DNA of 63,905 bases, the filler included. It is 8 parts of 8 records of this genome, joined end to end, with 100 filler letters (N's around TTAATTAATTAA, not from the genome) between each part and the next. Parts side by side here need not be neighbours in the genome. Positions count along the whole stretch, not along the records: positions 13,307 to 22,815 come from SRR31156797_39295; positions 22,916 to 37,626 come from SRR31156797_39325; 6 more parts are not named here. One strand, given 5' to 3'. Each line of letters starts with the position of its first letter. The first letter of the stretch is position 1. A program made the translations under genes and the position numbers. The notes under the pieces are model-generated. The model was not told the DNA's origin, searched no databases, and was given only the letters and a program-made list of their open reading frames with translations. Below, piece by piece: positions 17,090 through 27,014 of this stretch.

Positions 17090-19498
17090 TTATTGAATCG
17101 ACGTTTCGAAAACATTGACTTCCCTGTTCACCACAAGGATGATGAGATAGATCAGTTTTTTCAATCGTTCCATGGCAAGGGTGTTGTCATGGAACTCCCT
17201 GCGCACGGTTTTGAGGAATTCAAACAGGTCCTCGTCTCCAAGTATTTTGTCCAGGGCGTCACCATCGGCGGCATCCCTGTATCGGGCCCATATGTGCATC
17301 GTTTCACAGGCCCGTTCAAGCTGGTCAAATCCCTGGCGGATATGGGCCTTTCGCAGGGTGTCCCCGTAATAGGCCTCTGCCCGTTCATTGAACTCCGTGC
17401 CTTGAACTGCCATGGGATTCGTTTTTTTTCCGCCCAGGATTCCCGATGTCAGCCTGCCCCAGGCTCCATGGGCCCCGGGATCGTTGATTCGGTTTACAAG
17501 GTCGTCAATCACAGGCTTCATCCTGAACGCTTCTATCAGGGAAGCACCGTCTTTTCTTAACAGGCGGATCAGCCCCTTCTGATATTCCTTGACATAGACC
17601 CTTGTATATCCGGGATATCGCCGGCTGGCCCTTGTCCGTCTGACATTTTGCAGTATCTTTGCCAGAAAAAGGTTCCGGGTACGGGTTTTTACAAAAAAGG
17701 TGGGCAGATCGATGGCGCTGTCGAAAAATATCTGCCTGCGCTCGCTTTCAATCTCGGGAGAGTCCGGAATCATCCGGTGTTCCACCTTCTTTGAGAAAAT
17801 ATATTTCTGGGCAAGGCAGGTGATAAGCAATTGAAGATCGGCGGCGCCGCCCATGTCCCTGGTGATATCCTCAAATATGGAAAAGTAGCGATGTTCAAAC
17901 CCGGAATACCCCATTTGGCATTGTTTCCTAAGCCGGATCAGCTGATACAGGGGCATTCGCTCGTCGAAAATTCCCATTTCCGCCAGATCTTTTTTCAGCA
18001 TGGCTTCGCCCTTGAGGGAGCCGTCCAGGGCCGGACTCTGGAAGGTGCTCTTGACCGATACAAAATAATCGATCAGCCGGATATCCGGGATGAAATCTCC
18101 TTTCAGTCCAAGGCAGCGGCTGATCAGGCGGTCCAGCCATACGGGCCCGAAGGGGGTCAGGGGCTGTCCCATTATCTTCAGGTCCGCCTTTTTCTTCCAG
18201 CGCCGCCAGATCATTCGAAGGTGGGCATCTTCCAGTTGATGGGGCAGAAACCCCAGTAGGCGTTCCGGGTGGAAATCCTCAAAATTTAGGCGATGGGGAG
18301 AGGCGCTGAAGGTTGTGGAGAACAGGGGGAGGAAATGTTCGCAAATCTTGATGGCCAGATCCCCCACCTGTTTTTCATCGGTTTCCGTCAACCCCGAATG
18401 CTTGTCCGCAAGTAATCGGGAAAGTTTGATACTGCCCATGCTGATGTGGGTACCGTTGTTGGCAAGGCTGATGTTGGACAGGTTTGGCATCACCACCAGG
18501 TTGGAGGTGATGATGCCCGCCTCCTTCAGCCGGGTCACCGCATTGATATGACTCCGGGAGAGGACCTTGTGACAGAGGTTCATGTAGGCGTTTTTTTCCT
18601 CTCCCCGATCCCAGCCGGAGAGGCAGGGGCTCATGAACAACTCCCGGTAAAAGGCATCTGAAATACAATCGTTGAGCTGCCGCTGGCCCATTGGAGGCGT
18701 GGCGGAGAAAAACACCTTTACCCTTTGTCCGTTTTCCTTGAGCAGGAATTCCTCTTCGGCGTAGCGCACCAGTGCCTGGGTCAGGAGAAACCGGATCAAG
18801 GTCTCGCCGGCCAGTTTTTCTCCAAAACCGGCGTTTGAATTTGATTTTACCGGGTGAAAGGAGAAAAGCTCCGGGGAGGAATTATCATTGGAAAAATGAT
18901 TCATCATCTGTTTCCCACGGCTTTTCACATGGGGGGGAAGATTCTTTTCCGCCCCAACGGCCTGGGCCAGGGAGAGCTTGAGCAGATAACTCACCGGAAT
19001 CCTGATATGGGGTTCCCCCGCCGTTTTAAATACAAACCAGCTGGCATCCTTGCGGTAGCCCGATGCGGGATTTGACTTATCCGCCTTTAAATCATGGTTC
19101 AGCACATGATTGGCAAACGGGTTCAGGGTCGCCCTTGGAAACCTGACCCAGGAATTTTCCCATCTCCTGACCTCCTTTTCCCCGAGAAAGTTCTCAAGGG
19201 CGATCACCCGTTCCTCCGGTGTATCGCCGGATTTCGCCTGCTTGACCAGGTTCTTGTAATAGTTGGACGCCTCGATGGATATTGGCAGGTCAACATTTTC
19301 CCGTCGCCCTGTCACCACGGCCTGGAATTCGTTTTCCACTCCTGCCGTGGCATCCCCTGCACAAAAGGGGAGGGAGTGGATAAAGGCATCTGTTGATCGG
19401 GTATCGATCCCTATAATATCGCTAATCTGATCCAGGCTCCGGAGGGGCAAAGCGTCCCTGTCGTGGGGAAATGTTTGTTTTTTCTCAATTGCAGTCAT
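17090..19498 (-). CDS. 802-aa hypothetical protein, putative glutamate-cysteine-ligase/carboxylate-amine ligase fold
   Basis: TAGVENEFQ, NNGTHISMG, GFEHRY resemble the GxExE, GxHxxxG and ExR motifs of the GS/GCS fold; the fold call is an inference. Confidence 0.6.
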   Translation of the reverse strand: MTAIEKKQTFPHDRDALPLRSLDQISDIIGIDTRSTDAFIHSLPFCAGDATAGVENEFQAVVTGRRENVDLPISIEASNYYKNLVKQAKSGDTPEERVIALENFLGEKEVRRWENSWVRFPRATLNPFANHVLNHDLKADKSNPASGYRKDASWFVFKTAGEPHIRIPVSYLLKLSLAQAVGAEKNLPPHVKSRGKQMMNHFSNDNSSPELFSFHPVKSNSNAGFGEKLAGETLIRFLLTQALVRYAEEEFLLKENGQRVKVFFSATPPMGQRQLNDCISDAFYRELFMSPCLSGWDRGEEKNAYMNLCHKVLSRSHINAVTRLKEAGIITSNLVVMPNLSNISLANNGTHISMGSIKLSRLLADKHSGLTETDEKQVGDLAIKICEHFLPLFSTTFSASPHRLNFEDFHPERLLGFLPHQLEDAHLRMIWRRWKKKADLKIMGQPLTPFGPVWLDRLISRCLGLKGDFIPDIRLIDYFVSVKSTFQSPALDGSLKGEAMLKKDLAEMGIFDERMPLYQLIRLRKQCQMGYSGFEHRYFSIFEDITRDMGGAADLQLLITCLAQKYIFSKKVEHRMIPDSPEIESERRQIFFDSAIDLPTFFVKTRTRNLFLAKILQNVRRTRASRRYPGYTRVYVKEYQKGLIRLLRKDGASLIEAFRMKPVIDDLVNRINDPGAHGAWGRLTSGILGGKKTNPMAVQGTEFNERAEAYYGDTLRKAHIRQGFDQLERACETMHIWARYRDAADGDALDKILGDEDLFEFLKTVRREFHDNTLAMERLKKLIYLIILVVNREVNVFETSIQ

Positions 19499-19756
19499 GT
19501 ATCACCTTTCTATTGAAATCACGTTTCGATGTCCCTGTATCGCAGGTAAATATTTTGATGCTGTTACGGGACGGCTAAAGTTCTGTGTGATCTGTCACTG
19601 GCCCAAATGGAAAGGGCGCAGGTCTGGTTGCTCCGGGAGGTTTGTTTTTCCGATTCAAACACGATCTTAATTTTATCCTCACGCCGGGCGGCTATGCTGA
19701 ATTCGCTATCGAGGGAGGACATAACCATGAATTTGAATAAATGAAGGAGGTAACCA

Positions 19757-22204
19757 ATGATCTGTGCAGATCTTCATGTGCACTCCATGGCGTCCAAGCG
19801 GCCGTCCGAATGGTTTTTGCAAAAGGTGGGCGCCAGGGAGTCTTACACCGATGTCGAGACGATATATGAAAAGGCGAAGGAGCAGGGGATGTCCTTTGTC
19901 ACGGTTTCGGACCATAATACCATCGAGGGGGCGCTCAAGCTGGTGGCGGCCCATCCCGACGATACCTTTTTAAGTGTGGAGGTGACCACCTACTTCCCCG
20001 AGGACAACTGCAAGGTCCACATCCTGGTCTTTGACCTCACCCCGGATCAGTTCAAGGAGATCGATGGGATCAGGAATAATATTTATCTTCTTCGGGACTA
20101 CCTTTTAAGGGAGAACCTGGCCTATTCCGTGGCCCATGCCACCTACAGCGTCAACAAGAGACTTACCCTGGCGGTCCTGGAGAAGCTGATGGTGCTGTTT
20201 GACGTGTTTGAAGGGATCAACGGCGCCAGGAACAGCCTCCACAACGAGGTGTGGCAGACCGTGCTCCACAGCCTTACCCCGGAGCGCATGGAGGCCCTCG
20301 CGGAGCGGTACGGGATCCGGCCCGCAAGCAGTGATCCCTGGGTCAAAGGGATTACCGGCGGGTCAGACGACCATGCGGGGCTTTTTATCGGCCAGACCTT
20401 TACCACGGCCCCCTGGGGCGCCACCAAGGCGGATTTCATCGACAGCATCCGGGAGAAGCGCACCTTCAGTTCGGGCAGAAGCAACGACTACAAGACCCTG
20501 GCCTTCTCAATTTACAAGATCTTTTGTGATTATTCCGGCACACGGCGTCTGGACGATCCCCACAGTATTCGGGAACTTGTGGGCAGTGTCCTGTTTTCCG
20601 ACAGCGACCGCAAGGTAAAAAACTGGATCATCCGCCAGAAAATCAAGCGGGGCAAAGCCCCCAGGGACCAGATCTATTTCCGGTTTTTCGACGACGTGCT
20701 CACCTGGTCCCGGAATCGGACCATGGATGTGGAGGCGCGTATGGAGAGCATCTACCGGAACATGGCCACCCTGTTTGACGGGTTCACCACCATGGTTCTG
20801 GAGTCCATGATCAAGGATTTCTGCAACGGGGATGTGGGGCGGCTTTTCAAGAACATCAGCGCCTCCCTTCCCATGATGTTCATTTCGGTTCCCTTCTTTT
20901 CCTCCCTGAAGCATCTGTTCCTTGACCGGGAGATTCTCAAGGAACTGAAACAGGAGTATGTCGGTGACAGCGACGATGAACCGGACCGGGTCCTCTGGTT
21001 CACCGACACCATCAATGACCTGAATGGCGTTTCCGTGAGTCTTTCCAACTACATGCAAAGCTCCCTTGACCGGAATTCCAACACTACCTTTGTTGTCTGC
21101 CTTCCGGAAGAACAGGCCCGGGATCTGCTGTCCAATACCCTGAACCTGCCCTCTATTTTTTCCCACAGGCCCGATTTTTATGCTAACTACACCCTGCACA
21201 TCCCCTCCCTGCTCAATTCGGTTGAATCGATCTACAAACGGAAACCGGAACGGATCATCATATCAACCCCCGGCCCGGTGGGGCTTCTGGGACTTCTCAT
21301 GTCAAAGCTCATGGGGGTTCCCGCCACCGCGATTTTTCACACCGATTTTGCCGCCCAGGCAGGGTATCTGTTTGACGACGAAGCCGTTGGGGAGATCATC
21401 AATGGGTACATCCGGTGGTTTTACGCTTCTGCCGATGAGATCAGGGTTCCCACCAATGCATATATCCGCATCCTCGAATCCCAGGGGTATGATCCCGGGA
21501 AGATGCGGTTGCTCAAGCGCGGCATCGATATCCGGCCGCCACGATTTTCCGACACGGACAGAGATGCATTCCTGGCGCTGCACAAGATTCCCCGGGGGTT
21601 TACCCTGCTGTGGGCGGGCAGGGTCAGCAGGGACAAGAACATCCATTTCCTGGTGGATATTTACAGGCAGGTGGCAGAGGACAGGGAGGATGTCAACCTT
21701 GTGATCTGCGGGGACGGTCCCGATCTTGGCGAGTTGAAAAAAAAGCTTGAACCCGGCGACCGGGTGGTGTTCACCGGTCGCATCCCCCATGGTATGCTGC
21801 TTGATTTTTATGCCTGCTCGGATCTGTTCGTGTTTCCAAGCACCACCGACACCTTTGGAATGGTGGTGTTAGAGGCCCAGGCCTGCGGTCTTCCGGCCAT
21901 GGTCTCCAATGTGGGCGGTCCCCAGGAGATTGTCGTGAAAAACAGGACCGGCTTTGTGCGTCCGGTCACGGCCCCGGACGCCTGGAGCCGCCAGATCCTG
22001 GAACTGGTTCAGCTGAAACATAACAATCCCGAAGCCTATGCCCGCATGGGCAGGAGCGCACGGGACCATATCCGGGTCAATTTTTCCTGGGATGCGGCCC
22101 TGGCCGATATCCTCGGGTGCGAGCCCTCTATCGTCCCCCGCCCGGCGGCTCCCTCCCCGTTGCCGGCCAACAGTCAAAGCGATACTCCCCGGGTCGTGGC
22201 ATAA
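19757..22204 (+). CDS. PHP-domain / GT4 glycosyltransferase fusion
   Basis: N-term DLHVHS, SDHN, E, HIL, AH, GGSDDHA; C-term NGVS, GRVSRDKN, FPSTTDTFGMVVLEAQACGLP. Confidence 0.9.
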   Translation: MICADLHVHSMASKRPSEWFLQKVGARESYTDVETIYEKAKEQGMSFVTVSDHNTIEGALKLVAAHPDDTFLSVEVTTYFPEDNCKVHILVFDLTPDQFKEIDGIRNNIYLLRDYLLRENLAYSVAHATYSVNKRLTLAVLEKLMVLFDVFEGINGARNSLHNEVWQTVLHSLTPERMEALAERYGIRPASSDPWVKGITGGSDDHAGLFIGQTFTTAPWGATKADFIDSIREKRTFSSGRSNDYKTLAFSIYKIFCDYSGTRRLDDPHSIRELVGSVLFSDSDRKVKNWIIRQKIKRGKAPRDQIYFRFFDDVLTWSRNRTMDVEARMESIYRNMATLFDGFTTMVLESMIKDFCNGDVGRLFKNISASLPMMFISVPFFSSLKHLFLDREILKELKQEYVGDSDDEPDRVLWFTDTINDLNGVSVSLSNYMQSSLDRNSNTTFVVCLPEEQARDLLSNTLNLPSIFSHRPDFYANYTLHIPSLLNSVESIYKRKPERIIISTPGPVGLLGLLMSKLMGVPATAIFHTDFAAQAGYLFDDEAVGEIINGYIRWFYASADEIRVPTNAYIRILESQGYDPGKMRLLKRGIDIRPPRFSDTDRDAFLALHKIPRGFTLLWAGRVSRDKNIHFLVDIYRQVAEDREDVNLVICGDGPDLGELKKKLEPGDRVVFTGRIPHGMLLDFYACSDLFVFPSTTDTFGMVVLEAQACGLPAMVSNVGGPQEIVVKNRTGFVRPVTAPDAWSRQILELVQLKHNNPEAYARMGRSARDHIRVNFSWDAALADILGCEPSIVPRPAAPSPLPANSQSDTPRVVA

Positions 22205-22228
22205 ACGGCCTTGATAAAATGCCGGTTG

Positions 22229-22768
22229 TCAACTCCGGTCCCCGAATTTATGGATGATTTTTATCGACCTTGCAACGATTAAAATCAATAACAGGGTACC
22301 GATTATTCGGATATTCTTTTTTAAAAATCCGGTCGAATATTGCCAGGCTTTATTGTTTTTGGGTAGCAAAAAAGATTTGTCATCCGTAGCCGCTATGAGT
22401 AATGCCGACACTGCAATAACATGGGCCCCCAATCGCAAATTATAAGACCCGTAAATAAACCATGCGATCAGGGCGGGTATGATTAACAATGAAAATATGC
22501 CGCGCAGTTTTTTTTCTCTGAAAACAAGATATCCGGATGAGAGCAGTATCAAAGTGATGACCGGTTTTTTAATGAGATATTTATTGACCGAAAATAAGAG
22601 TTGGTCAAGATAACTTCTACCTTGCATTGATGCATTGATAACGCCTTCGTTATTGTGAAACGCCGATCCCTCACTTACAATCCAGAGAATCGTGGTGAAA
22701 ATTAAAACGAATGCCATGAGTGATATCGGAATGGGATGATGCTTGATTCTGTTCGAACAAAGAAGCAA
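22229..22768 (-). CDS. AT-rich membrane protein fragment (possibly pseudogene)
   Basis: Multiple TMs; sharp drop in GC relative to the adjacent gene; no clean start before the contig edge. Confidence 0.4.
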   Translation of the reverse strand: MLLCSNRIKHHPIPISLMAFVLIFTTILWIVSEGSAFHNNEGVINASMQGRSYLDQLLFSVNKYLIKKPVITLILLSSGYLVFREKKLRGIFSLLIIPALIAWFIYGSYNLRLGAHVIAVSALLIAATDDKSFLLPKNNKAWQYSTGFLKKNIRIIGTLLLILIVARSIKIIHKFGDRS

Positions 22769-22983
22769 TTTAAGACAGCGCTAAACCCAGAACAAGCGTG
22801 TTTTGAATAAGAAAANNNNNNNNNNNNNNNNNNNNNNNNNNNNNNNNNNNNNNNNNNNNTTAATTAATTAANNNNNNNNNNNNNNNNNNNNNNNNNNNNN
22901 NNNNNNNNNNNNNNNCAGGAGCGGATTAAAGAGGTATTCAGCACACCCTCTCACTTAGTGATTCGCCTAAAGGTGCTACCTTT

Positions 22984-22998
22984 TGGCATGGGGCTTGC
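22984..22998 (+). promoter_or_regulatory. sigma54 promoter of flg operon
   Basis: TGGCAT-GGGGC-TTGC (GG-N10-GC). Confidence 0.75.
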
Positions 22999-23022
22999 TT
23001 TTCAAGGGGTGAGGAGTAAATT

Positions 23023-23772
23023 ATGAAGAAATTATTTCCTGTTGTACTGTTAGTTCTGATGATGGCGGGCTGTGTAGACAAGCCTATATCAGTGGCGATG
23101 GGCATAGCTGACCCCTACAAGGTTAATACTATCCTGAAAGAGAACGCTGCTATAGCTACTGACTCTTTCAGAAAGCTTATACATCCGGCATACGGGTACA
23201 CATATATGCTTCTGGCTATAGAGCTGAACACTAACGCATCTTCACTTATAATAGATAAGACCAAAGAGAAGATAGTCGGTTACGACTCAAAGGTTTTAAA
23301 GAAGCTCGAGTCCGGAAGTTTTTTCTTCGTTATACCTCCTAGGATTTCCAACGGTGAGACATTTGTATTTGATGAGGAGATGGGCAGAATGCTTAGAAAC
23401 TACCTCACAATGGCTAAATACGGCATTCCGGTTTCTAACCCGATGGATGCAGAGTATATAGTTGTTACTAATATCAGAGAATCCCTGAGCAAAGGGTACG
23501 GACTTAATTATTCCGAGGTAGCGCTCAGTATTGTAGATAAGTTTGATACACCGATATATCTGGCTAGCTTAAGGGTTGAGAGTAAATCAGATAAAAATTT
23601 CTGGTACTACGCAACTAAAAAAGCGAAGCCTGTAAAGAAACTCACAATGAAGGGTATGACCCGCATCATGGCTGAGGGGCTTCCTGAAGTTCATGGGCGT
23701 TCACACGATCTTGTGAGCTACACTAAAAATTTAATCAATAAGAATAAAGAAAATAAGGAGCAGGTGCAGTGA
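23023..23772 (+). CDS. hypothetical lipoprotein, first gene of flagellar operon
   Basis: Lipobox MAGC; overlaps flgF start. Confidence 0.75.
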   Translation: MKKLFPVVLLVLMMAGCVDKPISVAMGIADPYKVNTILKENAAIATDSFRKLIHPAYGYTYMLLAIELNTNASSLIIDKTKEKIVGYDSKVLKKLESGSFFFVIPPRISNGETFVFDEEMGRMLRNYLTMAKYGIPVSNPMDAEYIVVTNIRESLSKGYGLNYSEVALSIVDKFDTPIYLASLRVESKSDKNFWYYATKKAKPVKKLTMKGMTRIMAEGLPEVHGRSHDLVSYTKNLINKNKENKEQVQ

Positions 23773-24527
23773 TTAACGGACTTTACACAGCTACAGCCGG
23801 AATGGCTATGCAGCAAAAAAGGGTAGATATTATCGCTTCTAACCTTGCTAACATAAATACGACAGGGCACAAGAAAGAAGTTCCTGTTTTTTCACAGTAT
23901 CTTGCTAATCCAACTGAGACACCTAACGATTTCATCAGAGACAGTGAGTATAACAAAATGATTAACTCGAAGGTTAGGCTGCACGATGTTAAGACAAGCT
24001 TTGAGATGGGCTATCTGAAAGAGACAGGTAAATATACTGATATGGCTCTAGGTAACCCGAACGCTTTCTTCGCTGTGGATACTCCTTACGGTGTCAGGTT
24101 TACAAGGGACGGTGCTTTTACTATTAATGAGCAGAACGAGCTTACAACTATGGACGGTTTCAATGTCGTTAGTAATGTTGATTCTCTCCAGCCAGTAAGG
24201 CTTCAGGAAGGTTCAATTATCACAGAAGAAGGGGACATCCTTGTGGATGGCGCACCTGTTGGCTCAATAGATATAGTTGAGTTTGAAGATGTCGGAGACC
24301 TGCAGAAGCAGGGGCAGAACCTTTATGTTGCAATAGATACACTTCCTGAACCTTCAGAACAGCCGCTTCTTTACACTGGCTATCTGGAAGGGAGTAACGT
24401 GAATCCGATCGAAGAGATGGTAAAAATGATAGAGGCCTCAAGGGGCTTTGAAAACTATTCAAAGATAATACAAACTATTCAGGAAATGGATAGCAAGGCA
24501 GCCGGCGAAGTCGGCAAAGTAAGCTAA
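23769..24527 (+). CDS. flgF: flagellar basal-body rod protein FlgF
   Basis: [32 protein letters not shown]. Confidence 0.85.
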   Translation: MINGLYTATAGMAMQQKRVDIIASNLANINTTGHKKEVPVFSQYLANPTETPNDFIRDSEYNKMINSKVRLHDVKTSFEMGYLKETGKYTDMALGNPNAFFAVDTPYGVRFTRDGAFTINEQNELTTMDGFNVVSNVDSLQPVRLQEGSIITEEGDILVDGAPVGSIDIVEFEDVGDLQKQGQNLYVAIDTLPEPSEQPLLYTGYLEGSNVNPIEEMVKMIEASRGFENYSKIIQTIQEMDSKAAGEVGKVS

Positions 24528-24538
24528 GGAGGGGTATA

Positions 24539-25327
24539 ATGTTTAGAACCCTATGGACAGCCGCTACCGGCATGACAACACAGCAGACAAATATTGATAC
24601 AATCGCTAACAACCTTGCGAATGTTAATAACGTTGGATTTAAGAAAAGCAGAGCACATTTCGAAGATCTTATATATCAGGAACTCAAACCGGCAGGAGCT
24701 ATATCTGCCGCTGGTATGACCCACCCGACAGGTATTCAGGTCGGTCTCGGTTCCAAAGTAGCCGCTATTGAAAAGGTTCATACACAGGGTAACTTTCAAT
24801 ATACCGGAGTAAACCTTGATATCGCTATCGAAGGTGATGGATATTTTCAGTTTACTATGCCAGATGGTGAGATTGCTTACACGAGAAACGGTTCGCTTAA
24901 AACTGATGCTAACGGATCACTTGTAAATGCTAATGGTTACCTCCTTGAGCCTGCTATAACTATTCCGGAAGACGCTACAAATGTTGCTTTTGGTGAGGAT
25001 GGTACGGTTTCTGTCACTCTGCCGGGTGAGGATGAGGCGCAGGAAGTTGGTCAGCTTGAGATATCAAGATTCATTAATCCAGCAGGACTTAAGTCTATCG
25101 GTAAGAACCTCTTTCTGCCTACGGGTGCAAGTGGTGAGCCTGTTGCTGGTACACCATCAGCGGATGGTTTTGGTACAGTCGCACAAAACATACTTGAAAT
25201 GTCTAACGTCAGTGTGGTAGATGAGATGGTGAACATGATCACCGGACAGAGAGCTTACGAGATTAACTCTAAGGCTGTTCAGACCGGCGATGAAATGCTC
25301 CAGATAGTTAATAACCTTAAGAGGTAA
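24539..25327 (+). CDS. flgG: flagellar basal-body rod protein FlgG
   Basis: [43 protein letters not shown]. Confidence 0.97.
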   Translation: MFRTLWTAATGMTTQQTNIDTIANNLANVNNVGFKKSRAHFEDLIYQELKPAGAISAAGMTHPTGIQVGLGSKVAAIEKVHTQGNFQYTGVNLDIAIEGDGYFQFTMPDGEIAYTRNGSLKTDANGSLVNANGYLLEPAITIPEDATNVAFGEDGTVSVTLPGEDEAQEVGQLEISRFINPAGLKSIGKNLFLPTGASGEPVAGTPSADGFGTVAQNILEMSNVSVVDEMVNMITGQRAYEINSKAVQTGDEMLQIVNNLKR

Positions 25328-25329
25328 TA

Positions 25330-26187
25330 ATGTTTAAATCTCTACTGCTCGGATTGATGCTTTCAGCGACTCTGTTCAGCGTGTCAGCGAGTGATGCGAT
25401 AGTCATAGACTCTGAGTGCATAATGCTCGAAGACATCTTTCCGGCGATTGGGATTAAAGACGAGGTTTACTGCGGTCTCAGCTACGGTGAAGAGAAAACA
25501 ATTAATCGCCAGATGACGATGTATATTATTAATAAACATAAAATAGCTGGTGCAAGACCGGGGCAGGTCACTTTCAGAAGAAGCGGGACTAAGCTAACTG
25601 CTGACAAGTTTAAAAGTGATGTCTCAGATATTCTCTCGGTTATGTATGGAGATATGGATATCGAGATAGGGACTATCCGTATGGGCAGACCTTTCTATTA
25701 TTCACCAGAGAATGGTTACGATATTAATATCCCTAAAAACAGATTTGGAAATGTTGCTGTCTCTGTGGATAGCGGCATGAGAAAGTACAATTACACAGTC
25801 AACCTCAAAGCTTTCAAAGAGGTATATGTAGCGAAAGGTTCTATTAAAAAAGGTCAGGATATTGATGGACTTGTAGCTCTTGAGAGGATGGATCTTTCTA
25901 AGCTTCGGGGAGAAGCTATCTCTGAGACAGTGGGCTATATCGCATCACGCAACATATCGTCAGGTAAGCCGGTTACGACTAATCAGGTGATGAAAAAACC
26001 TGACGCTTTCGAAGGCGCATCGGTGCGGATAGAATTTAAGTCGAGAGGACTTAACATCACCACTGGCGGCGAGCTTCAGGAAGATGCCTATATCGGAAAA
26101 AATGTCCGTGTGAAAAATACTACCAGTGGTAAAATTGTCCGAGGAACCTACTCCGCAGGGCGTAAAGTCGTTGTAAATAGCCAGTAA
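25330..26187 (+). CDS. flgA: P-ring formation chaperone FlgA
   Basis: Signal peptide, SAF-like region, G..VRVKN..SGKIV; position between flgG and flgH. Confidence 0.85.
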   Translation: MFKSLLLGLMLSATLFSVSASDAIVIDSECIMLEDIFPAIGIKDEVYCGLSYGEEKTINRQMTMYIINKHKIAGARPGQVTFRRSGTKLTADKFKSDVSDILSVMYGDMDIEIGTIRMGRPFYYSPENGYDINIPKNRFGNVAVSVDSGMRKYNYTVNLKAFKEVYVAKGSIKKGQDIDGLVALERMDLSKLRGEAISETVGYIASRNISSGKPVTTNQVMKKPDAFEGASVRIEFKSRGLNITTGGELQEDAYIGKNVRVKNTTSGKIVRGTYSAGRKVVVNSQ

Positions 26188-26225
26188 TACTTGCAAGTCA
26201 ACCCTCTTCATAACTAAAACATAAT

Positions 26226-26240
26226 TGGCACACTTCTTGT
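26226..26240 (+). promoter_or_regulatory. sigma54-like promoter upstream of flgH
   Basis: TGGCAC-ACTTC-TTGT (variant -12). Confidence 0.5.
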
Positions 26241-26281
26241 TATGTATACGGTAATAGAAATAAAATTACCGGAGAGACAAG

Positions 26282-27001
26282 ATGAAAGTCAAAATCCTTC
26301 TAATGATAGTAACAGCAGCGGCACTCTTTTCAGGATGTGCCAGCAACGCTGATTTCGACAATCAGGCACTTAAAAATAGCTATCAGCAGGAGCTTGAAGC
26401 TTATAAGAAGCAGCTCGCAGCAAGAAAGCCTTCCGCATCACTCTGGATGGCTTCTTCGTCTAAGGGCTCTCTCTTTCTCGACTATAAGGGCCGCCACGTA
26501 GGTGACATCATTATAGTTAATATTATTGAGAACACTACAGCGACAAACTCCAACACTACTGCAACTTCTAAGAGTCAGAGTACATCATCAACTCTTACAA
26601 ACCTTTTAGGTCTTCCGGCTAACCTTGGAGTAGGCAACCTGCTTGGTACAGGCAATGCTCTGAATCTTGATAACGCACTTGAGTCTTCTGATTCTTTTTC
26701 AGGGAGCGGCTCAAAGTCTAAGGCTGACACTATACAGGGAACAATCGCAGCGAGAGTTACTGAGGTTCTCCCTTCAGGAAACCTTGTTATCGAAGGTCAC
26801 AAAGAGCTGATCGTAGACAGAGAGAAGCAGACAGTGACGCTTTCAGGGATAGTTCGTCAGAAAGACCTCGATTCATCTAACACTGTAAACTCAACATCCA
26901 TAGCGGATGCGAAAATAGCATATAGCGGACAGGGAATGCTCTCTGACTCTAATAAGCCGGGCTGGCTGATGACACTACTCAGCTGGATCATGCCATTCTA
27001 A
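26282..27001 (+). CDS. flgH: flagellar L-ring protein FlgH
   Basis: Lipobox FSGC, VGDIIIV, V.EVLPSGNLVIEG, SIADAKIAYSG. Confidence 0.95.
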   Translation: MKVKILLMIVTAAALFSGCASNADFDNQALKNSYQQELEAYKKQLAARKPSASLWMASSSKGSLFLDYKGRHVGDIIIVNIIENTTATNSNTTATSKSQSTSSTLTNLLGLPANLGVGNLLGTGNALNLDNALESSDSFSGSGSKSKADTIQGTIAARVTEVLPSGNLVIEGHKELIVDREKQTVTLSGIVRQKDLDSSNTVNSTSIADAKIAYSGQGMLSDSNKPGWLMTLLSWIMPF

Positions 27002-27014
27002 GGCGGAGGAAGAA

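Noticed and set aside
19555-19600. Possible Pho box upstream of the 802-aa gene
   Set aside because: Half-sites are too degenerate and the 11-bp spacing is unconvincing.
15069-22177. Many long alternative-frame ORFs in the GC-rich contig (e.g. 15069-15893, 16203-16931, 20507-21199)
   Set aside because: Shadow ORFs overlapping well-supported genes, expected at high GC.
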